A stretch of 64,000 bases of DNA, taken from assembly GCA_049472315.1 (NCBI GenBank), contig JBLIRN010000016.1, forward strand, positions 1 through 64,000, read 5' to 3'. The translations under genes and the position numbers were made by a program. This document shows positions 20,352 through 28,566 of this stretch, in pieces. Below the pieces are notes generated by a model that worked only from the letters and a program-made list of their open reading frames with translations, was not told the DNA's origin and ran no database searches. Positions within the stretch are counted from its first letter, which is position 1. Every line of letters begins with the position of its first letter. This stretch comes from a bacterium (GTDB taxonomy: Bacteria; SZUA-182; DTGQ01; JAFGSM01).

Positions 20352-20891
20352 ATGAAACGAAGTTTTGTGGCCTTGATGCTCCTTATTCTGCTTCTTTGTG
20401 TGAGCACAGCGGCAGGGGCTCAATTTTCCTTCCTGCAGGGATATCCATATCCCTTTGTGTATCCAATGCCATTCTGGGGTGTATTTCCCCCTCTCCTGCC
20501 TTCAGGCCCATTTTTTTCGTTCGGGGCCGCACCTCGTACGCTGTTCCCGGCGCTTGCCCGTCCCGTACCTATGATACGGCAGGCAAGGGCCACGGTGACC
20601 ATCCTTTTTAATCCGGCCCTGTCGGTTATCCAGGTCACCGTGCTTCCCTTGAGTCCTATCGCACCTGTGGTACCCACGGCCCTAGTGGCACCCACGACCA
20701 CCATTGCACCGGCGCTTCCGCCTTCCGCACTCCTGCTGCTCCCCTTGCTTTCGGGGCTTGGCACATCAACGCAACCCAACCTCAATTTCAACAGTACCAG
20801 CACGGTGGCTACCCCGGTACCGTCTCCGGTGGTGAACAGTACAAGCAGCGTCGGTCTTACCGGCCTTTCCGCACTCCTGCCGTTTATATAG
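20352..20891 (+). CDS. Exported Pro-rich hydrophobic protein, array member 6
   Basis: SD GGAG; ...AAGA|QFSFLQGYPYPF; motif RQARATV; no acidic residues. Confidence 0.85.
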   Translation: MKRSFVALMLLILLLCVSTAAGAQFSFLQGYPYPFVYPMPFWGVFPPLLPSGPFFSFGAAPRTLFPALARPVPMIRQARATVTILFNPALSVIQVTVLPLSPIAPVVPTALVAPTTTIAPALPPSALLLLPLLSGLGTSTQPNLNFNSTSTVATPVPSPVVNSTSSVGLTGLSALLPFI

Positions 20892-20908
20892 GGAAAGGAA
20901 ACGAGTCC

Positions 20909-20940
20909 CGGCCTGGAACCTCGTGGAAGGTTCCAGGCCG
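20909..20940. terminator. Hairpin closing the array, between convergent genes
   Basis: cggcctggaacct-cgtgga-aggttccaggccg, 13-bp perfect stem; no clear U-tract. Confidence 0.6.
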
Positions 20941-21007
20941 TGTGCACCCAGTCCTTCCGATGGTGTACACGATCAAGAATCCTCAAGGGGAGTGCCCCAT
21001 GCGGGGA

Positions 21008-21871
21008 TTAAAGCCCCTTGCCCCAGTCCTCGATTTCGGCCTTCTGATACCCCTCCTGCTGGACCGTCATGTCCAGATTGATGACCAGGCCCGAGTGTTT
21101 CTTCAATTCATCGTCTTTGGCAAGTTTGCCATGGCGGGCAAGCGCTGCCGAAAGATCCTCAACCGCCTTTATCAATGCCTTTTCCAGGGATTGGTGGGTC
21201 ATGATCGTCCCCGGATTGAATCGTGGCGGGACCCCGTCCTCGGCGATGGGTTCTGCGAAGTGAGCAATATGACGCATCTTTTTCATGGCCTGGTCCATGA
21301 GCTGCCAGCCGGTCTTCCCATTTTTCTGAAAGACCCACGAGGAACGGATGTGCTGCAGCATTTCGGTGTATTTATTGGTCACTTCCGCCTGGAGCGTTTT
21401 GACGAATCCTTCAGGCAGTTCACCCTCCTGTTCAGCCAACCCTGCCTTCTGTTCAGGGCTCAGTTTGCTCAATTTGCGTGCAAACTTCCTGGCATGTCCG
21501 GCGGATTCCCAGGCCTCCCTGTGGAGTACTCGTTTTATATGGGGATCATCCACCGCATCCGCCTCGCTGTTGTAATGGGGGATCAGGTTTTCTTCATACT
21601 CTATATAGGATGTGAGGATCGTCTCACGACTGGTGGGGTCATAGGGATACGGGGCGGGGATCAGATTCGGCTCACCCCCAAGATCTCCTACGATCATTCC
21701 CAGCCAATGCATATGCCACATCTCCTCCCGTGAGATGGAGATAAGGCTTGAACCCAGGGGGGTATCCTCTCCCTCGATCCATCCATGAACAAGATATCGA
21801 ATGATCGCGGCATGTTCGTCCGCCATGTCCCTGTTGAGCATATCGATCAGGGCCTGTCGTTCCATGATCAC
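21008..21871 (-). CDS. Tandem ferritin-like (bacterioferritin/rubrerythrin-like) domain protein
   Basis: First domain has DEHAAIIRY, EEMWH, YEE and ESAGH diiron-type motifs; second copy is degenerate. Confidence 0.8.
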   Translation of the reverse strand: MIMERQALIDMLNRDMADEHAAIIRYLVHGWIEGEDTPLGSSLISISREEMWHMHWLGMIVGDLGGEPNLIPAPYPYDPTSRETILTSYIEYEENLIPHYNSEADAVDDPHIKRVLHREAWESAGHARKFARKLSKLSPEQKAGLAEQEGELPEGFVKTLQAEVTNKYTEMLQHIRSSWVFQKNGKTGWQLMDQAMKKMRHIAHFAEPIAEDGVPPRFNPGTIMTHQSLEKALIKAVEDLSAALARHGKLAKDDELKKHSGLVINLDMTVQQEGYQKAEIEDWGKGL

Positions 21872-22027
21872 CTCCCATACGGCTTAGTGGTTGCATAACC
21901 ATCAACGAATAATCGCTATTGTACTGTGAAGCGGTGTGCCAGGCAAATTACTATATCAGAAAATAGTAAGACATTAGAATGCCCGGGTACAGATGTGCGT
22001 ACGTATCGGACACTGCAATGAGACGGA

Positions 22028-23746
22028 TTATTCCTTGACGGTTGGGCGTTCAGGGGGATGCGGTCCGGAGCTGACACGCTCCTTCCTTTCCGACCCTGCC
22101 TTTTCGAGCATTGCACATATCGCCGCATTCCCCGAATTTTTTGCGGTCATCCAGGCGGTCATTCCTTCATGGTCTTTGGCATGTATATCCGCACCCCTAT
22201 CGATCAACATCTGAACAATCTCACCCTCTCCACCGATGACTGAGAACATGAGGGGGGTCAGTCCGTCCTTGTCGCGGGCATTGACATCCGCGCCGTTATC
22301 CAGCAGGAGTTTCACCATCTCCGGATTTGCTTGTACTGCCGCAGACATCAAGGAAGACCATCCTTCATGATCCCGTGTGTTGACATCCGCCCCTTTGTCG
22401 AAAAGGACCCGCAGCATTTCCATATTGCCTTGACGAACGGCGATCATCAGGACGGTTTGCCCTTCGTGGTCTCGCACATTCACGTCGATTCTCGTCTGGA
22501 GCAGGGATTGGATTATCCTTTTCCGGGACCTTTGGGGATTGTCTTGGAACAGGGCATGCATGAGCGGGGTGAATCCCTTGTGATCCTGTGCATTCACATC
22601 CGCCTCTTTTCTAAGCAGGACATCAACAATATCCGCATATCCCTCGCGCGCAGCGAGCATGAGGGGAGTTGCACCGGCGTGGTTCTTTGCATTCACATCC
22701 GCCCCCTTGTCAAGGAGAAGGACGGCAATATCGGTCCGCCCCTGTTCTACCGCGTACATCAGGGCGGTGGAACCTTCATGGTCTCGTGCATTTACCTCTA
22801 CACCCTTGTCGATCAAGGCCTTTACAATATCGATATTGCAATGGCGGGTTGCAACCAAGAGAGGGGTCAGGCCATTCCGGTCGCGAACATGGCTGTCCGC
22901 GCCCTTTTCCAGCAGGACCTTGACGATATCGACATGGCCGTGCTCCGATTCGATCAATAGGGGAGTAAGCCCCTCGTTGTTTCTTACATTCACCTCAGCT
23001 CCCCTGTTCAACAGGACTCGCACGATATCGGTGTAATCACGTATCACTGCGGTCAGCAGGGGGGTGAGCCCTTCATCATCTCTGACATTCACCTCGGCCC
23101 CTCTGTCCAGCAAGGCCTCCACAATTGACAAGGGACCGTGACGCGATGCGAAGATCAATGCTGTTGCATCCTGATCGTTCTTGGCAGAGACGTCTGCGCC
23201 CTTCTCCAGAAGGACCCGGACGATGGGGACATTGCTGAAGCGGGCTGCAATCATCAGGGCGGTCATGCCTGCATGATTCGTTGCATTCACCTCCGCACCG
23301 CTGTTGAGCAGGACCTGAACCATATCGCTGTTGCCATGGCGAATGGCAAACATCAAAGGTGTATTCCCTTCGTCATCATGGACATTGATCTCCGCCTTTT
23401 TATTGATGAGGTCCCGAAGGATATCCGTATTATTGAATCTCGCTGCAAGAATCAGGGGGGTGGAATGCTCGTGGTCCCTGACATTTACCTGCGCCCCCTT
23501 GTCAAGGAGCGCACGCGCAACGATGGTATGGCCGCTTCGCACGGCATACATAAGAGGGGTTGCATGTTTATCATCTCGTGCATTGACATCGGCGCCCTGC
23601 ACAATGAGGGCCTCAATTACACGAATATCACCCTTCTTCGCCGCTTCGATGAGGTCATAATTGACCATGCCATGGGAGGTGCTTGGCATCATGAGGATAC
23701 CTGCTGCAATGGCAATGAAGACACAATATCGTTTCAGCGCGTTCAT
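22028..23746 (-). CDS. Exported ankyrin-repeat protein (about 15-16 repeats)
   Basis: Signal peptide, then 33-aa G-TPL/ALM-A...G...V..LL.KGA.VN repeats. Confidence 0.95.
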   Translation of the reverse strand: MNALKRYCVFIAIAAGILMMPSTSHGMVNYDLIEAAKKGDIRVIEALIVQGADVNARDDKHATPLMYAVRSGHTIVARALLDKGAQVNVRDHEHSTPLILAARFNNTDILRDLINKKAEINVHDDEGNTPLMFAIRHGNSDMVQVLLNSGAEVNATNHAGMTALMIAARFSNVPIVRVLLEKGADVSAKNDQDATALIFASRHGPLSIVEALLDRGAEVNVRDDEGLTPLLTAVIRDYTDIVRVLLNRGAEVNVRNNEGLTPLLIESEHGHVDIVKVLLEKGADSHVRDRNGLTPLLVATRHCNIDIVKALIDKGVEVNARDHEGSTALMYAVEQGRTDIAVLLLDKGADVNAKNHAGATPLMLAAREGYADIVDVLLRKEADVNAQDHKGFTPLMHALFQDNPQRSRKRIIQSLLQTRIDVNVRDHEGQTVLMIAVRQGNMEMLRVLFDKGADVNTRDHEGWSSLMSAAVQANPEMVKLLLDNGADVNARDKDGLTPLMFSVIGGEGEIVQMLIDRGADIHAKDHEGMTAWMTAKNSGNAAICAMLEKAGSERKERVSSGPHPPERPTVKE

Positions 23747-23992
23747 GAGAATCCCCCTTTTTCAATTTCAGCGTGCATTGATTCGCAATGGATAGACTAT
23801 AGCTAATTATGCAGAAACAATACCTATTAAAATATATCCAAATTATCTCCAGATAGTCAATACAGGTATATATCTTACCCTTGAATCCTGTGAGTTTGCT
23901 GCATGGGCCGCGTGGGGGCACCCATGACGGGGAAGAGGCTATTCAGGCAAGACAAGAGGGGAAAGGGGAGGGCGCATTCTTGGACTGGTAGG

Positions 23993-24029
23993 AAAAACGC
24001 AGGGGGGGCATCAGTCACCCCCCTGCGTC
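23993..24029 (-). terminator. Intrinsic terminator of the hydrogenase operon
   Basis: acgcagggggg/cccccctgcgt stem followed by TTTTT on the minus strand. Confidence 0.8.
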
Positions 24030-24063
24030 GAATATTCATTTCGAAGGGTAGTGAGCAGTTATC

Positions 24064-24780
24064 TCATCCCTTTTTGAACTCCTGTTCCGATGCCTCCTCA
24101 AAGAAGTGTCCGTTCACGATGGAAGATATGGTTCCCTGTCTGAATACCGCGTCATACCAAAAGGCCAGATATGTATGGATCAGGATGAAGATGATAAAGA
24201 GCCACATGAGGATGCCGTGAATGAAGCGTGTCCCTGCCAGACCGCCGAGGATGCCCCTCTGAAGGGGACCCAGGACCGCTGCGGAGAATTTGGCCAGCCC
24301 GGCCTGGTGGAGCGCTCCGTAGAGGACCATGCCGGTTAATGCCTCGATGGAGGTGATGATGAAAAGGAAGAGATACGCAGCGGACTGCAAAGAGCCATAG
24401 AGCCCGCAGTGCTCGGGCGGATCGGTCGAAATCAGGGTATAAAACTTGACCGCCTGCCACGTGCACTTGAGGTTGGTCCATGCGTAGAAATCCTTCCAGT
24501 CCGCATGGAAACGCGAGAAGAAGGCGAGGTAGATCCTCCAGAGGAGCAGGGCGACCAGCAGGAGGCCGAAGATGAGGTGGATGAAGCGCATATTGGCCAT
24601 CAGGAACTTCTCGGTGGTCACGCCCGCACCGACGGTAAACGGCTTTGCAATATAAAATCCGGTAACAATGAGCAGCACGATGTCGATGGCCATGGCCCAA
24701 TGGTTGACGCACATGGCCACCGACCAGTGCTTGATTGCCTTATACGGCAATCGCTTTGGAGCAGGGCTTTCCTTTGCCAT
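24064..24780 (-). CDS. [NiFe] hydrogenase b-type cytochrome subunit
   Basis: Four TM helices with haem-ligand His (NHW, FIH, IHG, IHTY); GTISSIVNG C-terminal motif. Confidence 0.92.
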   Translation of the reverse strand: MAKESPAPKRLPYKAIKHWSVAMCVNHWAMAIDIVLLIVTGFYIAKPFTVGAGVTTEKFLMANMRFIHLIFGLLLVALLLWRIYLAFFSRFHADWKDFYAWTNLKCTWQAVKFYTLISTDPPEHCGLYGSLQSAAYLFLFIITSIEALTGMVLYGALHQAGLAKFSAAVLGPLQRGILGGLAGTRFIHGILMWLFIIFILIHTYLAFWYDAVFRQGTISSIVNGHFFEEASEQEFKKG

Positions 24781-24794
24781 GGTGGTTTCCTCCG

Positions 24795-26468
24795 TTATTG
24801 AATTTTAAACCTCTTGATCTCGTTCGTCCTCGGGTCGATGATGTGGATGGCACAGGCCAGACATGGATCAAAGGAGTGGATGGTCCTGATGATCTCCAGG
24901 GGTTGATCGATGTTGGCCATGGTGGTGCCGATGAGCGCCTCCTCGTACGGCCCTCTCTGTCCCTTGTCGTCCCTCGGGGAGGCGTTCCATGTCGAAGGAA
25001 CCACTGCCTGGTAGTTGGCGATCTTCTTGTTCTCGATGCGTATCCAGTGGCCCAGGTCTCCTCGGGGCACCGCAGTCAATCCCCGTCCCTCGGCGGAGTT
25101 CGGGATGTCGCAGCGTGTCCAGGTGCGCTCATCTCCGCCCTTGATATTGGTCACCAATTCGGTCACCCATCCCTCGACGTTCCGGGCGACCAGGATGCCT
25201 TCGATGCAGCGGCCTGCTGTTCTTCCCAGGGTGGAGAAGAGGGCACTGGCCGGGATCTGTGCGGCATCCAGGGCGAACTCCACAAGGGGCTTGATCCTCT
25301 TGTCACCCTTTGCATATCCGATGATCATGCGGGCCAGAGGGCCAACCTCCATGGGTTTTCCGTCGTACCGCGGCGCCTTTACCCAGGAATACTTCTCGTC
25401 TCCCTTGACAAACCCCTCGGGACCGAATCCGGTGTAGTGGGGCTCGGTCACGCCGTCGGAGGGATGCAGGCTGGCATTCCCTTTGTACCATGAGTGGGTG
25501 ACATTCTCCGTGATCTTGGTCTCATCGAGATCGTATACCTTGTTCAGATTCCCGTTCATCACGATGCCCTTGGGAAGGAGGGTCTCATTCCAGTCGTCGT
25601 CCAGGGGAAATCCGCCGTAGGCGAGGTAGTTCTTGGTGCCCGCGCCGATGTTCGCCGCGCCCTCATCCTTGTAATACTGGGCGGCGAGGAGGACATCGGG
25701 GAGATAGGCGGTCTCGAAGAACTTCTTTACCTCCTTGAGCCGGTAAAGGTACTGGCCGAGCCGATGCGCATCCAGGGCATCCATGACGCTGGTCACCCCT
25801 CCGACCACCAGGCTCTGCGGATGCGGATTCTTCCCACCGAAGATGGCCATCATCTGCGCTGCAACCCGCTGTACCGCCAATGCATCGAGATAGTGAGAGG
25901 CGATCACCAGGTTTGCCTCAGGAGGGAATTTGTATGAGTCATTTCCCCAGTAAGCGTGGGCAAAGGGACCCAGCCGGCCTGATTTGACGAAGGTGTTGAG
26001 CCGCTTTTGCACCGCCTGGTAGTGGGAAACGGAGCAGTTATACGGATCGTCGGAGAAGCTGCGCGCGAGATCCACCGCCTTTTTGGGATCGGCGGAGAGT
26101 GCGCTCACGATATCCACCCAGTCAAGGCCGTGGAGATGATAGAAATGGACTATTTTGTCGTGAAGGTACTGGGAACCCTTGATCAGGTTCCGGATGAGCC
26201 GGGCATTTTTAGGCGGGGTCACCCCGATGGCGTTTTCCACCGCCAGGGTTGCCGCCTCATAGTGCGAATAGGTACACACACCGCAGAATCGCTGGGTCAT
26301 CAAACCGGCATCCCGGGGGTCCCTCCCCTGGAGAATAACCTCGATCCCCCTCCAGAGGGTGGCGGAACTCCATGCATTGGTAATGCGGTTTGCATTATCC
26401 ACCTCCACCTCGATCCTGAGATGACCCTCGATACGTGTAATAGGATCCACAATAAGCCGTTTTGCCAT
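24795..26468 (-). CDS. [NiFe] hydrogenase large subunit, group 1 uptake type (1b-like)
   Basis: DPITRIEGH, L1 QRFCGVCTYSH, L2 SFDPCLACAIH, cleavable C-terminal tail. Confidence 0.97.
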   Translation of the reverse strand: MAKRLIVDPITRIEGHLRIEVEVDNANRITNAWSSATLWRGIEVILQGRDPRDAGLMTQRFCGVCTYSHYEAATLAVENAIGVTPPKNARLIRNLIKGSQYLHDKIVHFYHLHGLDWVDIVSALSADPKKAVDLARSFSDDPYNCSVSHYQAVQKRLNTFVKSGRLGPFAHAYWGNDSYKFPPEANLVIASHYLDALAVQRVAAQMMAIFGGKNPHPQSLVVGGVTSVMDALDAHRLGQYLYRLKEVKKFFETAYLPDVLLAAQYYKDEGAANIGAGTKNYLAYGGFPLDDDWNETLLPKGIVMNGNLNKVYDLDETKITENVTHSWYKGNASLHPSDGVTEPHYTGFGPEGFVKGDEKYSWVKAPRYDGKPMEVGPLARMIIGYAKGDKRIKPLVEFALDAAQIPASALFSTLGRTAGRCIEGILVARNVEGWVTELVTNIKGGDERTWTRCDIPNSAEGRGLTAVPRGDLGHWIRIENKKIANYQAVVPSTWNASPRDDKGQRGPYEEALIGTTMANIDQPLEIIRTIHSFDPCLACAIHIIDPRTNEIKRFKIQ

Positions 26469-26552
26469 TGTATTAGCCCCCTTTTAATCTATTGATTTGC
26501 CTGAGCAAAATCGAACATTCATTCTGCCTGAGACCTGCCGGTGAAGCTATTC

Positions 26553-27737
26553 CTATTTACCGGGTTGTCTGATGGCGCTTCCGATGGCATGGATGGCGAT
26601 CCCTGCCACGGTCACCGCAGTCAGGGCGATTCCCACCTTGTCCGCGGTTGCCTCGATTCCACCAAAGGGGAGTACGGCTCCCTCATGGATGGTTTTTTCC
26701 AAAGGTGCCATCTTATCCCAGAAATCGGGCTCGGTGCAGCCGATACACCCGTGTCCCGCCATGACCGGCCATGACGTCGCCTGGTTGAATCGCACCTGGG
26801 GGCAATTGGCGTAGGTATAGGGCCCTTTGCACCCCATCTTGTAGAGACACCATCCCCTTTTGGCATACTCGTCGCCCCATTCCTCAACAAACTCACCAGC
26901 ATCGTAGTGGGGACGCCGCTCGCAGAAGTCGTGAATGCGCTTTCCATATGCCCATACCGGCCGTCCCAGGCCATCCAGACCGGGAAGGGACCCGAAGAGG
27001 ATGTAGTGAAGGATGGTGCCCACAAAATTGATGCCGTTGGGCGGGCATCCGGGGATGTTCACGGTGCTGATACCCAGGGCATCACCAATCCCTTTGGCAT
27101 TGGTGGGATTCGGATAGGCAGCCGGGACATTCCCGAAGGCGGAGCAGGAGCCGATGCATATGACCATGGCGGCCTTCGAGGTCACCTCCTTTGCAATCTC
27201 ATAGCCGGTCTTTGCCTTGGCCCCTATGGTGAGGAACTTTCCGTCCATACCCATGGGAATGGCCCCTTCGATGACGCATACGAACTGGCCGGGAAATTTC
27301 TCCAGCGCCTCCTCAAGACAGGCCTCTGCCTGATGCCCTGCAGCGGCCATCAATGTCTCGTGGTATTCGATGGAGAGGGTTTCCAGGATGAGTTCATCGA
27401 TATTGGGGTAGGAGCTTCTCAGGACCGCCTCGGTGCAGCCCGTGCATTCGGAAAAGTTCAGCCACACCACAGGGATGCGGTTTGTCATTTCAGCCGCCTT
27501 GGCCACCCGGGAATCGAAGATCGGCGGCAGCATCAGTACCGTGGTCATGATGGATGACCATTTCAAAAAGTCACGACGGCTCACTCCCCGGGATTCGAGT
27601 GTCTCGTTCCACCCCTCATTCGCCGGGGGCAGTTCACCATCCATTCGCGCAAGGTTCTCGTCGCACTTCTTCATCAAAGCATCGTAATACGCCCTGTTCT
27701 TTCCGTCCCGGCCTGACAGGATGTCCTTTAGCGCCAT
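26553..27737 (-). CDS. [NiFe] hydrogenase small subunit, Tat-exported, C-terminal membrane anchor
   Basis: SRRDFLK, ECTGC, GCPP, HDFCERR, WCLYKMGCKGP, HGCIGC, C-terminal TM helix. Confidence 0.97.
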   Translation of the reverse strand: MALKDILSGRDGKNRAYYDALMKKCDENLARMDGELPPANEGWNETLESRGVSRRDFLKWSSIMTTVLMLPPIFDSRVAKAAEMTNRIPVVWLNFSECTGCTEAVLRSSYPNIDELILETLSIEYHETLMAAAGHQAEACLEEALEKFPGQFVCVIEGAIPMGMDGKFLTIGAKAKTGYEIAKEVTSKAAMVICIGSCSAFGNVPAAYPNPTNAKGIGDALGISTVNIPGCPPNGINFVGTILHYILFGSLPGLDGLGRPVWAYGKRIHDFCERRPHYDAGEFVEEWGDEYAKRGWCLYKMGCKGPYTYANCPQVRFNQATSWPVMAGHGCIGCTEPDFWDKMAPLEKTIHEGAVLPFGGIEATADKVGIALTAVTVAGIAIHAIGSAIRQPGK

Positions 27738-28040
27738 AATGTTTCCTCCTTAACTGGGTGATGATAAGGATTGTGTATTAAAGACCGTGTGTTGAAGCTG
27801 TTTAAAGACGTCCATGAAGTGGTAAACTACAACACCTAAATGATTTTTATATAACACTGTTATACAAAAAATCCTTCCCTTATTGTATAACTGCTTGATA
27901 AAGCGATGATTATATGGAAAAGATCCAGCCCTTCCATCGCAAGGCTTGGATGCCGGAGGAAATGAAAGCTCGTTTTATTCGGACAAGTATACCATAGTTC
28001 AATTCCAAGTCAACACCCAAGAATCAAGATCGATTTAAAT

Positions 28041-28129
28041 CACACCGATTTTTTTCCTATTTCAGCCATAAAAAGATAGTAAAAACACACATTTTTTCCC
28101 CTATTTCAGGTATAAAAAGATGGTAAAAA
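28041..28129. repeat. Imperfect tandem duplication of about 45 bp in the divergent promoter region
   Basis: cacaccgatttttttcctatttcagccataaaaagatagtaaaaa / cacacattttttcccctatttcaggtataaaaagatggtaaaaa. Confidence 0.85.
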
Positions 28130-28168
28130 AACCATAAAATATACCTAAATCATGCTACTTATTCATAC

Positions 28169-28400
28169 TCAGGGCATGGAATGCCCTTTCAAAGCTGATC
28201 CCTTCTCCGCTTCGATTCCTGTGGCATCGATATCAAGGGGATATCCCTTTAACTCATCTCCTTTCATCCCCTTCTTTATAAAGGCCTTCTTAGCGTCCTT
28301 ACGATCAGTAGCCCCACCGTTTCAATTCTCCTGAGCCAGTCTCCTACAGCATCCTCTGAGGATATCTTCACTATTTTTAAAACCTCGTCTTGCTGCAGTG
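28169..28400 (-). pseudogene. Frameshifted transposase fragment, probably IS1380 family
   Basis: Two frames give SSEDAVGDWLRRI and KKGMKGDELKGYPLDIDATGIEAEKGSA, matching my recollection of the IS1380 DDE N-terminal DIDAT region; not confirmed by search. Confidence 0.6.
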
Positions 28401-28566
28401 TTTTGGGATTAAAATAAAGTGCGACAGGGCCAATGGCTGAGACGGTGAATATCCGGATGAATGAATCTTTCACCGCTTCCGATGTAATTACTATATCCTT
28501 ATAACTTGCAAAAACGGTCTCCACCACGCCACGGGATCCGTGATCGTGCATATATGAGGAACCATA

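Noticed and set aside
17345..20891. Type IV pilins or classical RiPP precursor cluster
   Set aside because: No G|F-x-x-x-E prepilin motif, no double-Gly leader and no adjacent modifying enzymes or transporter
24795..24900. [NiFeSe] hydrogenase
   Set aside because: The L2 motif is DPCLAC with ordinary Cys codons and no in-frame TGA
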